Part shown: positions 50,780 through 62,790 of the stretch, in pieces
Position numbering within the stretch: the stretch's first letter is position 1
Layout of the letters: every line of letters begins with the position of its first letter
From: Diplonema japonicum
Taxonomy: Eukaryota; Protista; Euglenozoa: Diplonemea
DNA: 64,000 nucleotides
Direction: 5' to 3'
NCBI GenBank assembly: GCA_964019335.1
Contig: OZ025682.1
Span: forward strand, 62,001-126,000
Notes under the pieces: model-generated
Told to the model about the DNA's origin: nothing
Seen by the model: the letters and a program-made list of their open reading frames with translations, nothing else
The model's database searches: none
Position numbers and translations under genes: made by a program

Positions 50780-52615
50780 ATGCCGAGAATTGTGCCAATA
50801 AACGAAGAAGAAGAAGAGGTCAAAGATGTCAACGAACGGATTGCCGCCTTCAGTACAAAAAAAGTGACAAAACTGTGTTTAAAATGGGATGAGCTGTGCT
50901 TCGACGTGCCAATGGGCAAGGACGAGCCCCCAAAAAGAATCCTGAATAACCTCCACGGCGCGGTAAAACCCGGTGAGCTCACCGCCATCATGGGCCCCTC
51001 CGGCGCCGGCAAAAGCACCTTCATGAACGTATTGGCAGGCCGCTCTCCTTACGGAACCCGATCGGGAACAATTCAAGTGAACAGTTTCGATGTTGATCCA
51101 AGCCAATACAGGGAGAACATAGCGTACATAATGCAACGCGACGCGTTATTTGCAACGCAAACCCCACGAGAGTGCTTGCAATTCACAGCATCCTTGCGTT
51201 TATTGGATCTGACACAAACAGAACGTGACAGTGTGGTGAACGGAGCCATCACAGCATTGGGTCTTGAACGGTGTGCGGACACTCTGATCGGTTCTGACTT
51301 AATGCCAGGGCTTTCTGGTGGGGAAATGAAACGAGCAGCGGTGGCAGTTGAATTAATATCATCTCCTTCCTTAATATTCTTGGACGAACCGACATCAGGG
51401 CTTGACTCACACAACGCGTGCGAACTGATCAAAACGTTAAGAGCCCTCGCAGAAGCAGGCACCACTATAGTCTGCACAATACACCAGCCTTCATCCGAGG
51501 TGTTCGAGCTCTTTCACAGGGTGATGTTCCTACGGCAAGGCGAGCTTGTGTACAATGGGCCTGTTGATGGTATTATTCCTCATTTTGCAGCGCATGGTCA
51601 CGCGTGTAAACCAAATTACAACCCTTCTGATTTCGCAATGTTTAAATTGCAAACATTGTCTGACAATGAAATGGGGCCGTTGGTGGCGTCAGTAGCAAGG
51701 CCCGTTGTCAACTGGGAGGAGATCCAATGTACAGCTTCTGTTGATTCCATCCTCACAAGACGCGCGGGTTTTGCAAAACAACTCCCGCTTTTGTTGAAAC
51801 GGGAATGGTTTCAATTCTTCCGGGACAAGATGACGCTTACTTCTAGATTCGGGATGAGTTTTTTCTTGGCATTGATAATAGGTCTTATTTACATGGATGT
51901 TGGTGATAAATGGGGCGATCGCGACACAGGTAGGAATACCACGAAGGATGTAAACAACCATTGGGGTGCGTTAGTTTTTTTCGCCATCAACGGGATGTTT
52001 TTATCAGCGCAGCCACAACTTTTGGTATTCCCGATGGAGCGTCCGGTCTTCATCAGGGAGTACACTGTTGGGACTTATGGGACAGCAGCGTATTTTATCG
52101 CCAAAACCTGTGTTGACATCCCTGCTAGTTTTGTTCAGCAACTGCTAAGTACTGTGGTAATGTACTTCATCATCGATTTGCAGGGGAATTTCATTCTTAT
52201 TGTGTTGAGTCTTACGCTTCTTTCTGCTGTGTCTGCTTCCACCGCGCTTCTTCTTGGTGCGTCAACATCAAGGGTCGAAATGGCGATGAACTTGATGCCT
52301 GCGGTGTACGTTCCTCAGATTATGTTTGCTGGGTTTTTTATCTCGTCAGATAGTATACCAGTGTTCATGAGGTGGATACAATGGGTGTGTCCTTTGAAGT
52401 ATAGTGTTGCGCTCGTGTCGATCGTGGAGTTTGCGGAAAAGAATTTGCCGGATAATCATACATTCGCCTCGGAGGCGACGAGCAATCTCATTAAGAATTC
52501 CAACATCAACAGGGATGACTGGCCGTTGTACACTTTGATCATGGTTGCCATCTTCTGTGTTTTCAGAATAACCTCTGCCGTCATCCTCTCGACCAAGGCG
52601 AAAACATTTCAGTAG
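50780..52615 (+). CDS. ABCG: ABCG (White-type) half transporter, intronless
   Basis: Walker A GPSGAGKST, signature LSGGE, Walker B FLDEPTSGLD, TIHQPS, NPSDF, then an ABC2 membrane domain (ERPVFIRE, FAGFFI, WIQWVCP). Confidence 0.95.
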   Translation: MPRIVPINEEEEEVKDVNERIAAFSTKKVTKLCLKWDELCFDVPMGKDEPPKRILNNLHGAVKPGELTAIMGPSGAGKSTFMNVLAGRSPYGTRSGTIQVNSFDVDPSQYRENIAYIMQRDALFATQTPRECLQFTASLRLLDLTQTERDSVVNGAITALGLERCADTLIGSDLMPGLSGGEMKRAAVAVELISSPSLIFLDEPTSGLDSHNACELIKTLRALAEAGTTIVCTIHQPSSEVFELFHRVMFLRQGELVYNGPVDGIIPHFAAHGHACKPNYNPSDFAMFKLQTLSDNEMGPLVASVARPVVNWEEIQCTASVDSILTRRAGFAKQLPLLLKREWFQFFRDKMTLTSRFGMSFFLALIIGLIYMDVGDKWGDRDTGRNTTKDVNNHWGALVFFAINGMFLSAQPQLLVFPMERPVFIREYTVGTYGTAAYFIAKTCVDIPASFVQQLLSTVVMYFIIDLQGNFILIVLSLTLLSAVSASTALLLGASTSRVEMAMNLMPAVYVPQIMFAGFFISSDSIPVFMRWIQWVCPLKYSVALVSIVEFAEKNLPDNHTFASEATSNLIKNSNINRDDWPLYTLIMVAIFCVFRITSAVILSTKAKTFQ

Positions 52616-52627
52616 CGAGGGAGGAGG

Positions 52628-52661
<34 letters not shown>

Positions 52662-54391
52662 AGGGGGCGAGGATTATTTTTTGCGTCCTCTCCCTGAATA
52701 AGGACCTCCTTGGATATAATGGGGTTTTCCTGTTTTTTTTTTTTTTTTTTTTTCTCTAATTTGAATATTTAAAAAAAAAGAATAAAGTTTTAAAAAGAAA
52801 AGCACACACAAAAAAAATTTCGCTGCCACAGAGGGGGGTGGATGCACAGAGGGAAAGATGAAAAAGAGGGAAAGGAAGAGTAAAAAAAGCGGAGGAATAA
52901 GACACCCATTTCTATTTCGCCCCCCTTTTCTTCCCACCCTTTCTTCTTACCCCTCCTTCCTCCAATGTGGATTTATGTGAATCCTAGCTCCGAATGAGTG
53001 CTTTTGTTTTCTTTTTAATTTTCTTCTTCTTCTTTTTCTTGTTGCTACTTTCTGGCCCTTCCCATACTGAAGAATTGTGTTGACAACTTTGTCAATGTCA
53101 ATCACCACTTTAAAGACCCGAAAGGAAGGGTGGAAGGAGACCTAGTGTTTCCTCAAAAAAAAATGTTTTTTTTTTTTTTTTTTTTTTTTTTTTTGTTCTT
53201 CTTCGTTCCTCTTCCCTCCCAAAAAATGTTTTTTTCCACCCGCTTCATTACCTCCTCTTCAAGAACGGAAGAAAAAAAAAAGCCCCCCTTTTCGTGATAC
53301 AATGATTTCTTTGGCAAATTTGAAAAAAGAATTGGTGTTTGTATCATGTATCACCTTTTTGAAATGAGGTATTTGTGCCGTCTCCCTATTTAAGGACTCC
53401 TGTTTAGGGAGGAGGGGTGTTGTTTCTTTTATGATTTGTGTGGTTGTCTTCCCCCCCCCCTCTTTTTTATTTCGAAGGAAACACAGCACAATTTAACTTC
53501 GCTACCACAAGATGAGAGAAGAAGGGAGAGAAGGGGCCTTCTAACCCTCCTTCTCCATGTGGGTTTGTGAAATCTAGCTCAAATTGTGTAGAAGGTTCTT
53601 TTTTTTACTGTAAAACCTCTGGTTCACCCCCCCCATATTTTTTGAGCCCTCCTTTCAAATTCGAAAAAAATATACCGAAAGGACCCCCCGGCACAAAAAA
53701 TAGTTTTTCTACCTTTATCGGCTTTACAGTATTTTGTCCCCCTCCCCCCTCTCACCCCCTTTTCACAACGAAGGGATATACACTAATTGTATTATCAACT
53801 TTTTGTCCATATTTTGTCCCACCAAAAAAAAAAGCACTAAACGAGAGGGGGGAGGGAACAAAAAAAAACCCCTCTTTTTTTAACCCCTTCTTCCTGCCTC
53901 CTGCAACATTGCCTTCCCCCCCCCCTCTTTTTAAATTAAATATTCAGACATTCGATCCCCCCCCCCCCCCCCCTGGGTCTAACTCACAGGCATCAGTAGC
54001 TCTTGCAAAGAAATAATAAGAACCATTTCCGGACGTTCGGCAGAAAGTGCGGTACCAGTTGTGTCGAAGAAGGATTAGTGCGCGCGAAGTAAACAACAAC
54101 GAGATCGTGAGAATAAAAAAGTTAGATAAATTCCTCCCCTCCTCCCCCCCCCCCTTTTTTTGCCTTGCTTTCGCTCGGCAGACTACCATGAAAGAAAACA
54201 AAAAAAAGGGGGAGAGGGCTAAATATGTTAGGTTACAGTCCCTCTATCTCTTTTTTTTTCCTTTTTTTTTTTTTTTTTTGAAATACACTTCCCCACCAAA
54301 AAAAAAAATCTCATTAACCCTCACGTGTAGGTGCTCTTCCTTTTATTTAAAAAAACAAAAAAAAAAAAAAAACCCTCCCAAAAAAAAAAAA

Positions 54392-55201
54392 ATGCTCCCC
54401 CCCGTTTTGCACCGATTTAGAGAGGGGGTCAACGAGAACGCACAGGGAGAGGAAAAAATCGAAATCGCAAAACAATTTTTCAAGGAGTACATCTCAAGCA
54501 TGCACACGGGCAAGGTGCGGGAATGCTTCGAGGCGTGGATGGACGCTGAAGGGGTGTGGACCACCGAGAGGGAACGCCTCACTCTAAGGTCCAAAGGCGT
54601 CGAGGAAGCCGTGAGGAAATACAACACTGTAGTAGACAAGATGATGGGCGGCCCGCAAAGCACAGTGTCCTTCAGAGTTAACAACATCACATACCACTCA
54701 AAGCTAGATGTTGTAAAATTGGATTTCGTGATCTCGGTGCTGCGGGTGAACGAATCAATCCCAACAGTGGAACCCAAACGCTATACTATCAAATTTAATG
54801 AAAGACTGCAAATTCTTCGAATTGTCGTCTCCCCGCCCGATGAGACCGCCATAACCCCTGTTAAAATCTCATCTGACGTGTCCACACCAATTTCCAATGA
54901 GTCATCTACTCAAAGCGATTCTGGTTCTTCGGAAAGCTGCACTACCTCACCTCTTCTTCGATCTCCTTCACGTGACCGGCCGTGCCTCCACAACAATTGG
55001 GACCCTGTACGGGTTAAGAGGCGGCATGCGTTGTTGAGGTGCAGGGTGTGTGCCTCGCAATGGAAAATTCCGGTTTCTGATGTTACCCGCTGTTATAAGT
55101 TTGTTCTGCCTTCGGGCTGCTCTAAGGGGTCTCTGTGCACGTCTTTGCATGTTAATGCAAGGAAGCAGACGTACGAAGAGCGTGTCAGTGTGAGGCAGTG
55201 A
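54392..55201 (+). CDS. Tandem family member 1: NTF2/SnoaL-like domain + CHCC zinc ribbon + CCCH finger
   Basis: ATG after poly(A) at 54392. PCLHNNWDPVRVKR...LRCRVC..QW, then CYKFVLPSGCSKGSLCTSLH (C-x8-C-x5-C-x3-H). Paralogous to four downstream genes. Confidence 0.85.
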   Translation: MLPPVLHRFREGVNENAQGEEKIEIAKQFFKEYISSMHTGKVRECFEAWMDAEGVWTTERERLTLRSKGVEEAVRKYNTVVDKMMGGPQSTVSFRVNNITYHSKLDVVKLDFVISVLRVNESIPTVEPKRYTIKFNERLQILRIVVSPPDETAITPVKISSDVSTPISNESSTQSDSGSSESCTTSPLLRSPSRDRPCLHNNWDPVRVKRRHALLRCRVCASQWKIPVSDVTRCYKFVLPSGCSKGSLCTSLHVNARKQTYEERVSVRQ

Positions 55202-55885
55202 AAAAAATGAGAAAAAAAAATAAAATAAATTATATGCTGACCCAAAGCATGGATTTTTTTTTTCTCTCTCTTCTTTTTTTTAGTGGGATATACAGAACGA
55301 AGATAAATAATTAAGAAGGAAAAAAAAAAAAGAATTTTTTTATTATAAACATAAAGAAAAAAAAAAGAAAAAGGAAAAAAAAAAATCACGTTTCTTTTTT
55401 ATGCGAAAAAGAAATCATAAAAAAAAAGTCCCCCCCCTCCTCCTCCCACTCTTCCCGTTTACCCCATCTTTTTGGGTGCTTTTCTCTTATTTGTGTAAGG
55501 CGCGCCAAATCGCGACCAACCAGGTCTGTGAAGCTAGCTTGAGCAAGCCTCGCGCATTAAGAAAAAGCAGCACAGCTTTCTTTCTTTTTTTTTTTTTTTC
55601 CTCTTCTTTTTTTTTCCGAATCCCTTCGGGGAAAAAAAAAAGAAGAGGAAAGAAAGAAGGAAAAAAAAAAAGGAGCTCTCTTTCCCACTTCTTCCACTCT
55701 TCTGTTTTTCTTTTTCTTTTTCTTTTTTTTGTTCTCCTTTATACCAAAGTTTTTTTTTTTTTTTTTTTTTTCTGCTTTTTTTCAAGACAAAATTCTGAAA
55801 GGCAGAAATTCTTATTATATAAAAAAAATTTTTTTTCTTCCTTCCATGTATCCACAACAACAAAAAAAGGCAAAAAAAAAAAAAA

Positions 55886-56722
55886 ATGGTTGAATTCAAC
55901 AGCAGCCTCCCTCAAATGTTGCCAATGTCACCCGCCACAGTGCAGCAACAACAAGTAAGCAACTTTTCCACGCCTGACGACATGCCGCAATTTCGGGTGC
56001 TGGACGAAGGGTTGCGATCGCTGTCGCCGAACACCCAAAAAATCGAAGCCACAAAACAATTTTGGAAGGAACACGTTTCCAGCATGCACACAGGACGGGT
56101 ATCAGAGTGCTATGAAGCTTGGATGACAGGTGACGTGGTGTGGCTCACCGAGCGTGTTGGCCTCCCTCTCCGTTCGCAAGGTATCACCGAGGCCTGCAAA
56201 CTCTACAACATTGTACAGGACAAAATCCTAGGCGGCCCACAGAGCACCGTCACCACAAGAGTAAACCGAGTAGTCCACCATCAAAAAACAGACCTCATCA
56301 AACTGGATTTCGTCTGTTCAATATTGAAACCAAACTCGCTTTCTCCTAAAGTAGAGTTCCGCCGTTTCACCATCAGATGGAACGAGGATCTGTTGATAAC
56401 CCGTGTGATCGTGTCGCCAACAGATGACTCTATCATCAACCCGGTTTTGGAGCCAATGGTTGCCCGGCCTGAAAGCGGTATTCAGCTAGAGGCGCGGCCT
56501 TGCTCCCACAACAATTGGGATCCTGTTAGGGTGAAGCGTAAGCATGCTACTTTAAGGTGCCGAACGTGTACTTCTCAGTGGAAACTCCATGTTGCCAAAG
56601 TTTCTCGTTGTGCGGCGCACATCACTCCTAAAGGTTGTCCTGATGGTAGTGAGTGTTCTTTGCTTCATATTAACGCGAGGAAGCTGACCTATGAGGAGCG
56701 TACAGGGGTCAGGATGGCATAG
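55886..56722 (+). CDS. Tandem family member 2
   Basis: Same architecture: KQFWKEHVSSMHTGRV..., PCSHNNWDPVRVKR...CRTC, CAAHITPKGCPDGSECSLLH. Confidence 0.87.
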   Translation: MVEFNSSLPQMLPMSPATVQQQQVSNFSTPDDMPQFRVLDEGLRSLSPNTQKIEATKQFWKEHVSSMHTGRVSECYEAWMTGDVVWLTERVGLPLRSQGITEACKLYNIVQDKILGGPQSTVTTRVNRVVHHQKTDLIKLDFVCSILKPNSLSPKVEFRRFTIRWNEDLLITRVIVSPTDDSIINPVLEPMVARPESGIQLEARPCSHNNWDPVRVKRKHATLRCRTCTSQWKLHVAKVSRCAAHITPKGCPDGSECSLLHINARKLTYEERTGVRMA

Positions 56723-56728
56723 AGGGGG

Positions 56729-56760
<32 letters not shown>

Positions 56761-57587
56761 CCCCCCTCCCCCCACTTCCCCTCTTACCCCCGAGGTGTCA
56801 TATTTTTGCGCTTTGCTTTTCTGGCCCATCCGAGCAATAGTGGCACCACGGGTGAACTCTTTGAGATTATGTGAGGTGTTTTAGTTATAGTTTTTATTTA
56901 TAAAAAAAAAAAGAAAAAAAAAAAAAAAAAAAAAAAAAGGAGCTTGATACCCGAAACCAGATTTTTTTTGGGGGGTCTGGGGGCCCATCCACTTAGTATT
57001 ACAAGAAATGGGGGAGTTTTTTTTTTCTCTCTTTTTTTTTTTTTTTTTTTTGTTCTTCCTGCAGCAAAGGACAAATCCCGATGGGAAGTTGTGTGCACGA
57101 GGCAGCAATGAACCTACCACCAGAACGGTGGTCACTGTGAAGCCAGAAGGCCACATTTGCAGGAAATTGGATGTTGCACACACTGAGGCCTTCCAAACAT
57201 GAGCGCAACAAAAAAAAAAAAGAGGGGGAAAATGCAAACCATTTTAAAAAGAATTAAAAAAAAAAAGTCTAATTTTTTTTTGTTGTTTCAAGTGTTCCCG
57301 TGCAATCTTTTTCTTCTTCTTTTTTTTCTCGTTATTAATTGCAACCCCCTGCTCAGCCAAAAAAAACCCCATTTTGAGTATTATAAAAAAAAAAGGGAAA
57401 AAAAAAAGGTGAAGTTGGACTTTTTTTTCTTTTTTTTTCTTCTTCTTTGAATTCGGTACTTTTTTTTTCGTGAATTACCCCTTTTTATATTAAAAAAAAG
57501 AGGACGAAAGAAGGAGGGATATTGAGTTGCTCACTTTTCTCTTTTTGTTTTGGGAGGGGGAAACCAACCATTTTTTTTTCACACATG

Positions 57588-57618
<31 letters not shown>

Positions 57619-58197
57619 GGTCCCTCTGAGGGAAAAAGAAGAAGGAAAAAAAAAAAAAAAATGCGAACAAAACATACATTTTTAAATTGGTTTTCTTTCC
57701 CCCTCCCTTTCCTTGTTTTTTTTTTTTTTTTTTTTTTCCCGTTCTATTTCTTCCTCCCTTCCTCCTTCTTTCCTCTTGAACTTTTAAAGTGAAAGAAGAA
57801 CAAAGAAAGAAAAAAATTCTTTTTTTTTTTGGGAATTGGAAGTGGGACGTGCATGAATACACAGCCTTCGTCGCACTGGCTCCTGTTAGTTGTGATAAAC
57901 TATCCTGCGTGTTTTCCGACTTGTCTGTAAAAAAAACTCTTCTTGCTTTCCCTTGCATCTGTTTTGTTTTCATTTATTTTCATATAGGTTTGCTACTCCG
58001 GTTTCTTCTTTTAAAAAAAAAAAAAGACACCTTCCCAGATGATGAAACTTTAAAAAAAAAGATCCTTCCATCCCCCTCTCTATCTCTTTTTTTTTTTCTC
58101 TTCTACCCTTTGGAGTTTGCTTGGAGTTGCTCTGAAGTTCTAGGTCTTTTTTAAATAACATTATATTCGACGAAAAAAAAAAAAAAAAAAAAACTCG

Positions 58198-58426
58198 ATG
58201 ATTTAAAAAAAGCCGGTGGGGGCACCCTGCACAAGCACCATTTACTTGATTACAGGGGGTGCCCCGGGTAACCAAGATTCTGAGCCCGTGTAGTTTGCTG
58301 CCTGTTCGCCACCCAGAGCATCTGCTTCTTCCACTTGGGCGCTACCGGTGATGACCGACGAGGAGGTCAACAGCGAACAACACATCTGATGTACTTCTTT
58401 ATATTTCCATGTTATCCCCACCACCT
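58198..58426 (-). mobile_element. Dispersed repeat, copy 4 (inverted, internally deleted, more diverged)
   Basis: Reverse complement of copy 1 with 6-nt and 84-nt deletions; abuts a long A-run at 58428. Confidence 0.75.
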
Positions 58427-59093
58427 GAAAAAAAAAAAAAAAAAAAAAAAAAAAAGAAGAGCACCAGATATAACTTATTTCTGTCGGATTTTTCGAAATT
58501 CTTCTAGGTTCGCCCAAGTTCCATGAGGAGGACGAGAGTCCTTGGGCATCTATTGGTTACTTTCAATGGAAAGATTTTTTTTGGAGGTTTTTTTTTTTTT
58601 TTTTTTTTTTATTCAAATGGTTTCTCCAAAAAAACCGCCCCTCCAAAAAAAAAGGCAAAATTATCAAACAATTTCTTTTTTTATATAGTAACCCCACTCC
58701 CTTTTTTTTCTTTTATTTACCTAGCTTTTATATAAAGGACTAAAAGGGGGGGGGGAAACACAGAAAAAGATGGAACCGTGTGATTATTTACACGTGCCAT
58801 CAAAAAGAAAATTGCAAAAAAAAAAAAGAAAAAAAATCAGGGGGAAAAAAAAATAACGAGAACCTAAACCGGGTGTCGATTTCATGCAAAAAAAAAAAAG
58901 AATTAAAAAAAAAGAGAGGGGGGAAAAAAAAAAAAACCTTGCTCTGGAAGTAGGCCCCTCTACTTCTTTTTTTTTCCCCCCCCTCTCTAAAAAAAATACC
59001 TCAAAAAAATATCCCATTCCCTCTTACTTCTTTCTCTCCATTTTTTTCTTTTAATTTTTTTTTTTTAATACAACACAGCACACAAAAAAAAAT

Positions 59094-59945
59094 ATGGAAA
59101 TCGCATACCTTTCAACAGGTTCGATTCCGCTTCTATCTGCAATCCAACAGCAACTCTACGGCGATGTTCAATTTGCGGAAGGGGTCGACACAAGCGTTAC
59201 GGGCCACGATCTTATTGAGGTGGCAAAACATTTCTGGAGAGACTTCATCTATGCAATGCAAATTGAAAAAGTTGTGGAGTGTCTAGACGCTTGGCTGGAC
59301 GATGAAGTTGTACTGTACACAACGAGGTTCCCGCACCCTGTGAGAGCAAAGGGAAAGCTCGACTCTTACAAAGCATATCTCGCAGCAAAGTCCAAGATTA
59401 TAGGAGCCAAGTGCAGCGTTTCACTAAGGGTCACCAATATATCATATCTCTCGAAACTAGATTTGGTGAAAATCGACTTCAGCGCGTCGCTTCATAAAGA
59501 TGTTGTGGACCCCCCGTCGGTGCACAATTGCAGATTGAGTTTGAAATTCGGAGATGGTGTGAAAATCACGAGAGCTGTTCTGTCGCCGGGCGACAATTCC
59601 TTGATCAGCCCCATAAAGCCTTCCAGTGCACCAGAGTGCGAAACAGATTCCAGCGATGTCGAAGCGGTGCAGGAACCCTCGTCAAGTATTCTCCAGCCTC
59701 CTTCACACGTCAGGCCGTGTCTCCACAACAACTGGGACCCTGTTAGGGTAAAGCGCAGGAATGCCCTCCTGCGGTGCAGGGTCTGTTCTTCACAGTGGAA
59801 GCTTCCTGTTGACAGAGTTGTGCGGTGTGCGAGATTCTACACTCCAGCCGGGTGTCATAAAGGGTCGTTGTGCGGTGCGTTGCATGTCAATATCCGTAAG
59901 CTGAGCTATGAACAGCGTCAGGCAGCTAAGGGAACTTTCAAGTAA
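59094..59945 (+). CDS. Tandem family member 3 (most divergent N-terminal domain)
   Basis: KHFWRDFIYAMQIEKVVECLDAWLD..., PCLHNNWDPVRVKR...CRVC, CARFYTPAGCHKGSLCGALH. Confidence 0.87.
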   Translation: MEIAYLSTGSIPLLSAIQQQLYGDVQFAEGVDTSVTGHDLIEVAKHFWRDFIYAMQIEKVVECLDAWLDDEVVLYTTRFPHPVRAKGKLDSYKAYLAAKSKIIGAKCSVSLRVTNISYLSKLDLVKIDFSASLHKDVVDPPSVHNCRLSLKFGDGVKITRAVLSPGDNSLISPIKPSSAPECETDSSDVEAVQEPSSSILQPPSHVRPCLHNNWDPVRVKRRNALLRCRVCSSQWKLPVDRVVRCARFYTPAGCHKGSLCGALHVNIRKLSYEQRQAAKGTFK

Positions 59946-59957
59946 GACTCTCCCGCC

Positions 59958-60000
<43 letters not shown>

Positions 60001-60466
60001 CTCTTTGACCGTATTAGATTTCTTCGTGAAGAAAAGAAGGAAAAAAAAATGCTTTTTTTTCTTCTTTTTGTTCTGCCCCAATTTTGGGTCGGGTACGGTT
60101 TCTCTCCCTCTTTCTTTCTTTTTTTTTTTTCGTCCAGGAAAGAACGACCTTTTTTTTTTTTTTTTTTACGACCTTTTTTTTTTTTGATTATAAAAAAAAA
60201 AAAGGGTGGGGATGTATCTGTTTTAATGAGGCACAATCCTCTCTTGCTCCTTGAGAATATGCGAAGGAATAAAAAAAAACAAGAAAAACAAGGGGATAAA
60301 TGAAGGGAAAAGAAAAAAGAAAAAAGAAAAAAGAAAAAAGAAAAAGAACGCACTCCTTTGTCTTCTGCTCTCAAGTTGTAATTTACTAGCTTCGTGCAAT
60401 TACATCATTAAAGCAGGTCGATATTCCCCCGACTGATATTTTTCTTCTTTTTTTTTTTTTTATATA

Positions 60467-60772
60467 TATATGAGCTCGTCCGGGAAAAAAGTCAACAACT
60501 AACCCTCCACTGGGCGGCAAAACCCCGGCCGACACTTTGTGTGCAGAATCACCGTCTGTGCACCATGGCGGGTGCAATGCAAGCCGTTTTTGTTTTAGTT
60601 AACATGTGCATGCAAAAAAAAAAACATACTTGCTATTTTTCTGACCTGTTTTACGCTTCCCGGGCAACCGGTTGCAAAGCCTGCCACCCTCATGGCAAAA
60701 CAAGCATCGCAATTGAAAAAACGGGTTTTCAAACTGCAAGTGTGGATATTTTAATCCGGACGAGCTCATATA
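60467..60772. mobile_element. MITE-like element with a perfect 17-bp terminal inverted repeat (includes probable ATAT target duplication)
   Basis: TATATGAGCTCGTCCGG (60467-60483) ... CCGGACGAGCTCATATA (60756-60772), enclosing complex non-coding sequence. Confidence 0.7.
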
Positions 60773-61604
60773 CAAAATATGTATCTTTCAAGAAATCTTC
60801 CAAAAAAGAAAAAAGAAAAAAAAAGCGAAAAAAAAAAAAATGATTTTATTAACATATGACAAAGACATAGTCATAAAAGAATTATCTTTTTTTTTTTTTT
60901 TTTTTTTTTTTTGGGAGGGCGGCCCTCTAACGGGGGCTTGTCCTGTACTTTGAGTTTTTTTTTTCTCAATCGATTTTGGTCGGCCGAGAAGGATACCATT
61001 TTGTGCTGATATCGAACTGAGTTGTATGAACCAAAAGGAGAGAGTTAACAACGGTCTACGGGTTATTAACTGAGTTTTTTCACCATTATTCACTCAGCAC
61101 TGCCATAATTGCTGGGTCCGTATCTTCGCTGTTTGCAAGAGTTGTTTGGGAAAGCTGATATAAAGCTGATATCCCTCTGCTAAGGCTCAATAAGAAGAAC
61201 GGAAAGGGAAAAAAAAAAGAAAAAAAGAGAGAGAGAAGCGAAGAAAAATAAATTTTCTTTCATTTTCTCTCTCCCCCCCCCCCCCTCCCAATTCTGTTAC
61301 TTAACTCTCCCTCTCCTTCCTCTTCCTCTTCCTCTATCTTCTGTTTTTTATTTTTATTTTTTTTGATTTTTTGTAGAGGGATAGTCCTCAAGTGGGATTT
61401 CCCCTTAAATATCGCATTTTTTTTTTTGCTGGAACAAGTAAACAAATTTTGAAAAGAATTGTTATTGCAAAAAAGAGTAGAGGCAGCTTGCCCGTTTACC
61501 CCTACTGTAGGTGAAAACGGCTTAAAGCCGTTGCAAACAATCAACAGACTCTTTTTTATTATGACGACCATTCTTTATTTTTGTCTAGTCAGCACTCGGA
61601 TTCG

Positions 61605-61662
<58 letters not shown>

Positions 61663-61890
61663 AAATAGTTTTTTTTCAGTGAGCACTCCCTCAGTGCACA
61701 CTGAAAACTCCGTCGGTTTTTATTCCCCCCTCTTCCCCCCCCCCCTTTTTTTTAAATTATTATTCTCGAGACTGGCTTTTTTGTTAAAAAAAAATAAAAA
61801 TAAAATAAAAAAATAGGACGCGTAAAGCGGCTCTGCACACCCTTTCAATCCTCCCTGTAATTTTAAAAAAAAATTTTTTTTTATAAAAAA

Positions 61891-62790
61891 ATGCAAGTAG
61901 CAGCACCATGCTCCAATGTGCCGCCGGCCCAGCCACAATGTCCCCCACAGTTTGAGCTGCCCCCCGAGACCATGGAATACCGGATGGGAGTAAACGAAAA
62001 TGTGACAAAAGCAGGGAAAATCGAAGTAACAAAGCAGTTTTGGAAAGAACACGTGTCCAGCATGCACACAGGGAGGGTTGCAGAGTGCTTCGATGCGTGG
62101 CTGGACGAGAACATTGTGTGGAACACTTCAAGACTGAGACTCCCCCTCCGTGCAAAGGGGAAGATCGAAGTCTGCAAAATGTACAACATAGTACAACGGA
62201 AAATCATGGGCGGGGAACAAAGCACCGTCTCTATGCGTGTGAATGACGTGACTTACCACCCGAAGACGGACGCTGTGAAGCTTGACTTCACATCCTCTGT
62301 ACTGCTCTCCGGTGCGGTTGTACCCACTGTTGAAGAAATCCGATTTACAATAAAATACAATGATAAAATGAGGATCAACCGGGTGGTTGTTTCTCCCGCT
62401 GACGATTTTATTATTAGACCAGTGCACACAAAAAATGAAAAAGAAGAGGAGGAGGAAGAGGAAGAAGACGAGGAACGGAGCAAAACGACAACGGAAACCG
62501 ACGATAGTACATATTCTGAAGAATTCAATCTCCCTCTCCTTCCTCCCACCACCTCCCGGCCCTGCAACCACAACAACTGGGACCCTGTTCGCGTTAAACG
62601 GAGAACCGCCCTGTTGAGGTGCCGTGTTTGCGTTTCACAATGGAAGCTTCCCGTTGGTAAGGTGACAAGGTGCTCGAAATATGTGTCTCCTGATGGGTGC
62701 GGGAAGGGATCACTCTGCAATTCCCTCCATGTCAATATGCGAAAATTGACCTACGAGGAGCGGACAGGCACGAAACAGCAATCAGAATGA
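61891..62790 (+). CDS. Tandem family member 4
   Basis: Same architecture with an acidic linker; CSKYVSPDGCGKGSLCNSLH. Confidence 0.87.
   Translation: MQVAAPCSNVPPAQPQCPPQFELPPETMEYRMGVNENVTKAGKIEVTKQFWKEHVSSMHTGRVAECFDAWLDENIVWNTSRLRLPLRAKGKIEVCKMYNIVQRKIMGGEQSTVSMRVNDVTYHPKTDAVKLDFTSSVLLSGAVVPTVEEIRFTIKYNDKMRINRVVVSPADDFIIRPVHTKNEKEEEEEEEEDEERSKTTTETDDSTYSEEFNLPLLPPTTSRPCNHNNWDPVRVKRRTALLRCRVCVSQWKLPVGKVTRCSKYVSPDGCGKGSLCNSLHVNMRKLTYEERTGTKQQSE

Noticed and set aside
54047-54391. N-terminal extension of family member 1 in the ORF track
   Set aside because: Starts at GTG and runs through homopolymers; paralog alignment supports ATG 54392.
57008-57202. Complex ~150-nt island as an extra gene
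   Set aside because: No credible start or splice partner and no similarity to the neighbouring family.
58345-58392. Hammerhead ribozyme or C/D box in the dispersed repeat (GTGATGA-GACC..GGTC-...CTGA)
   Set aside because: Lacks the CUGAUGA/GAAA core; too short and without a guide for a C/D RNA.
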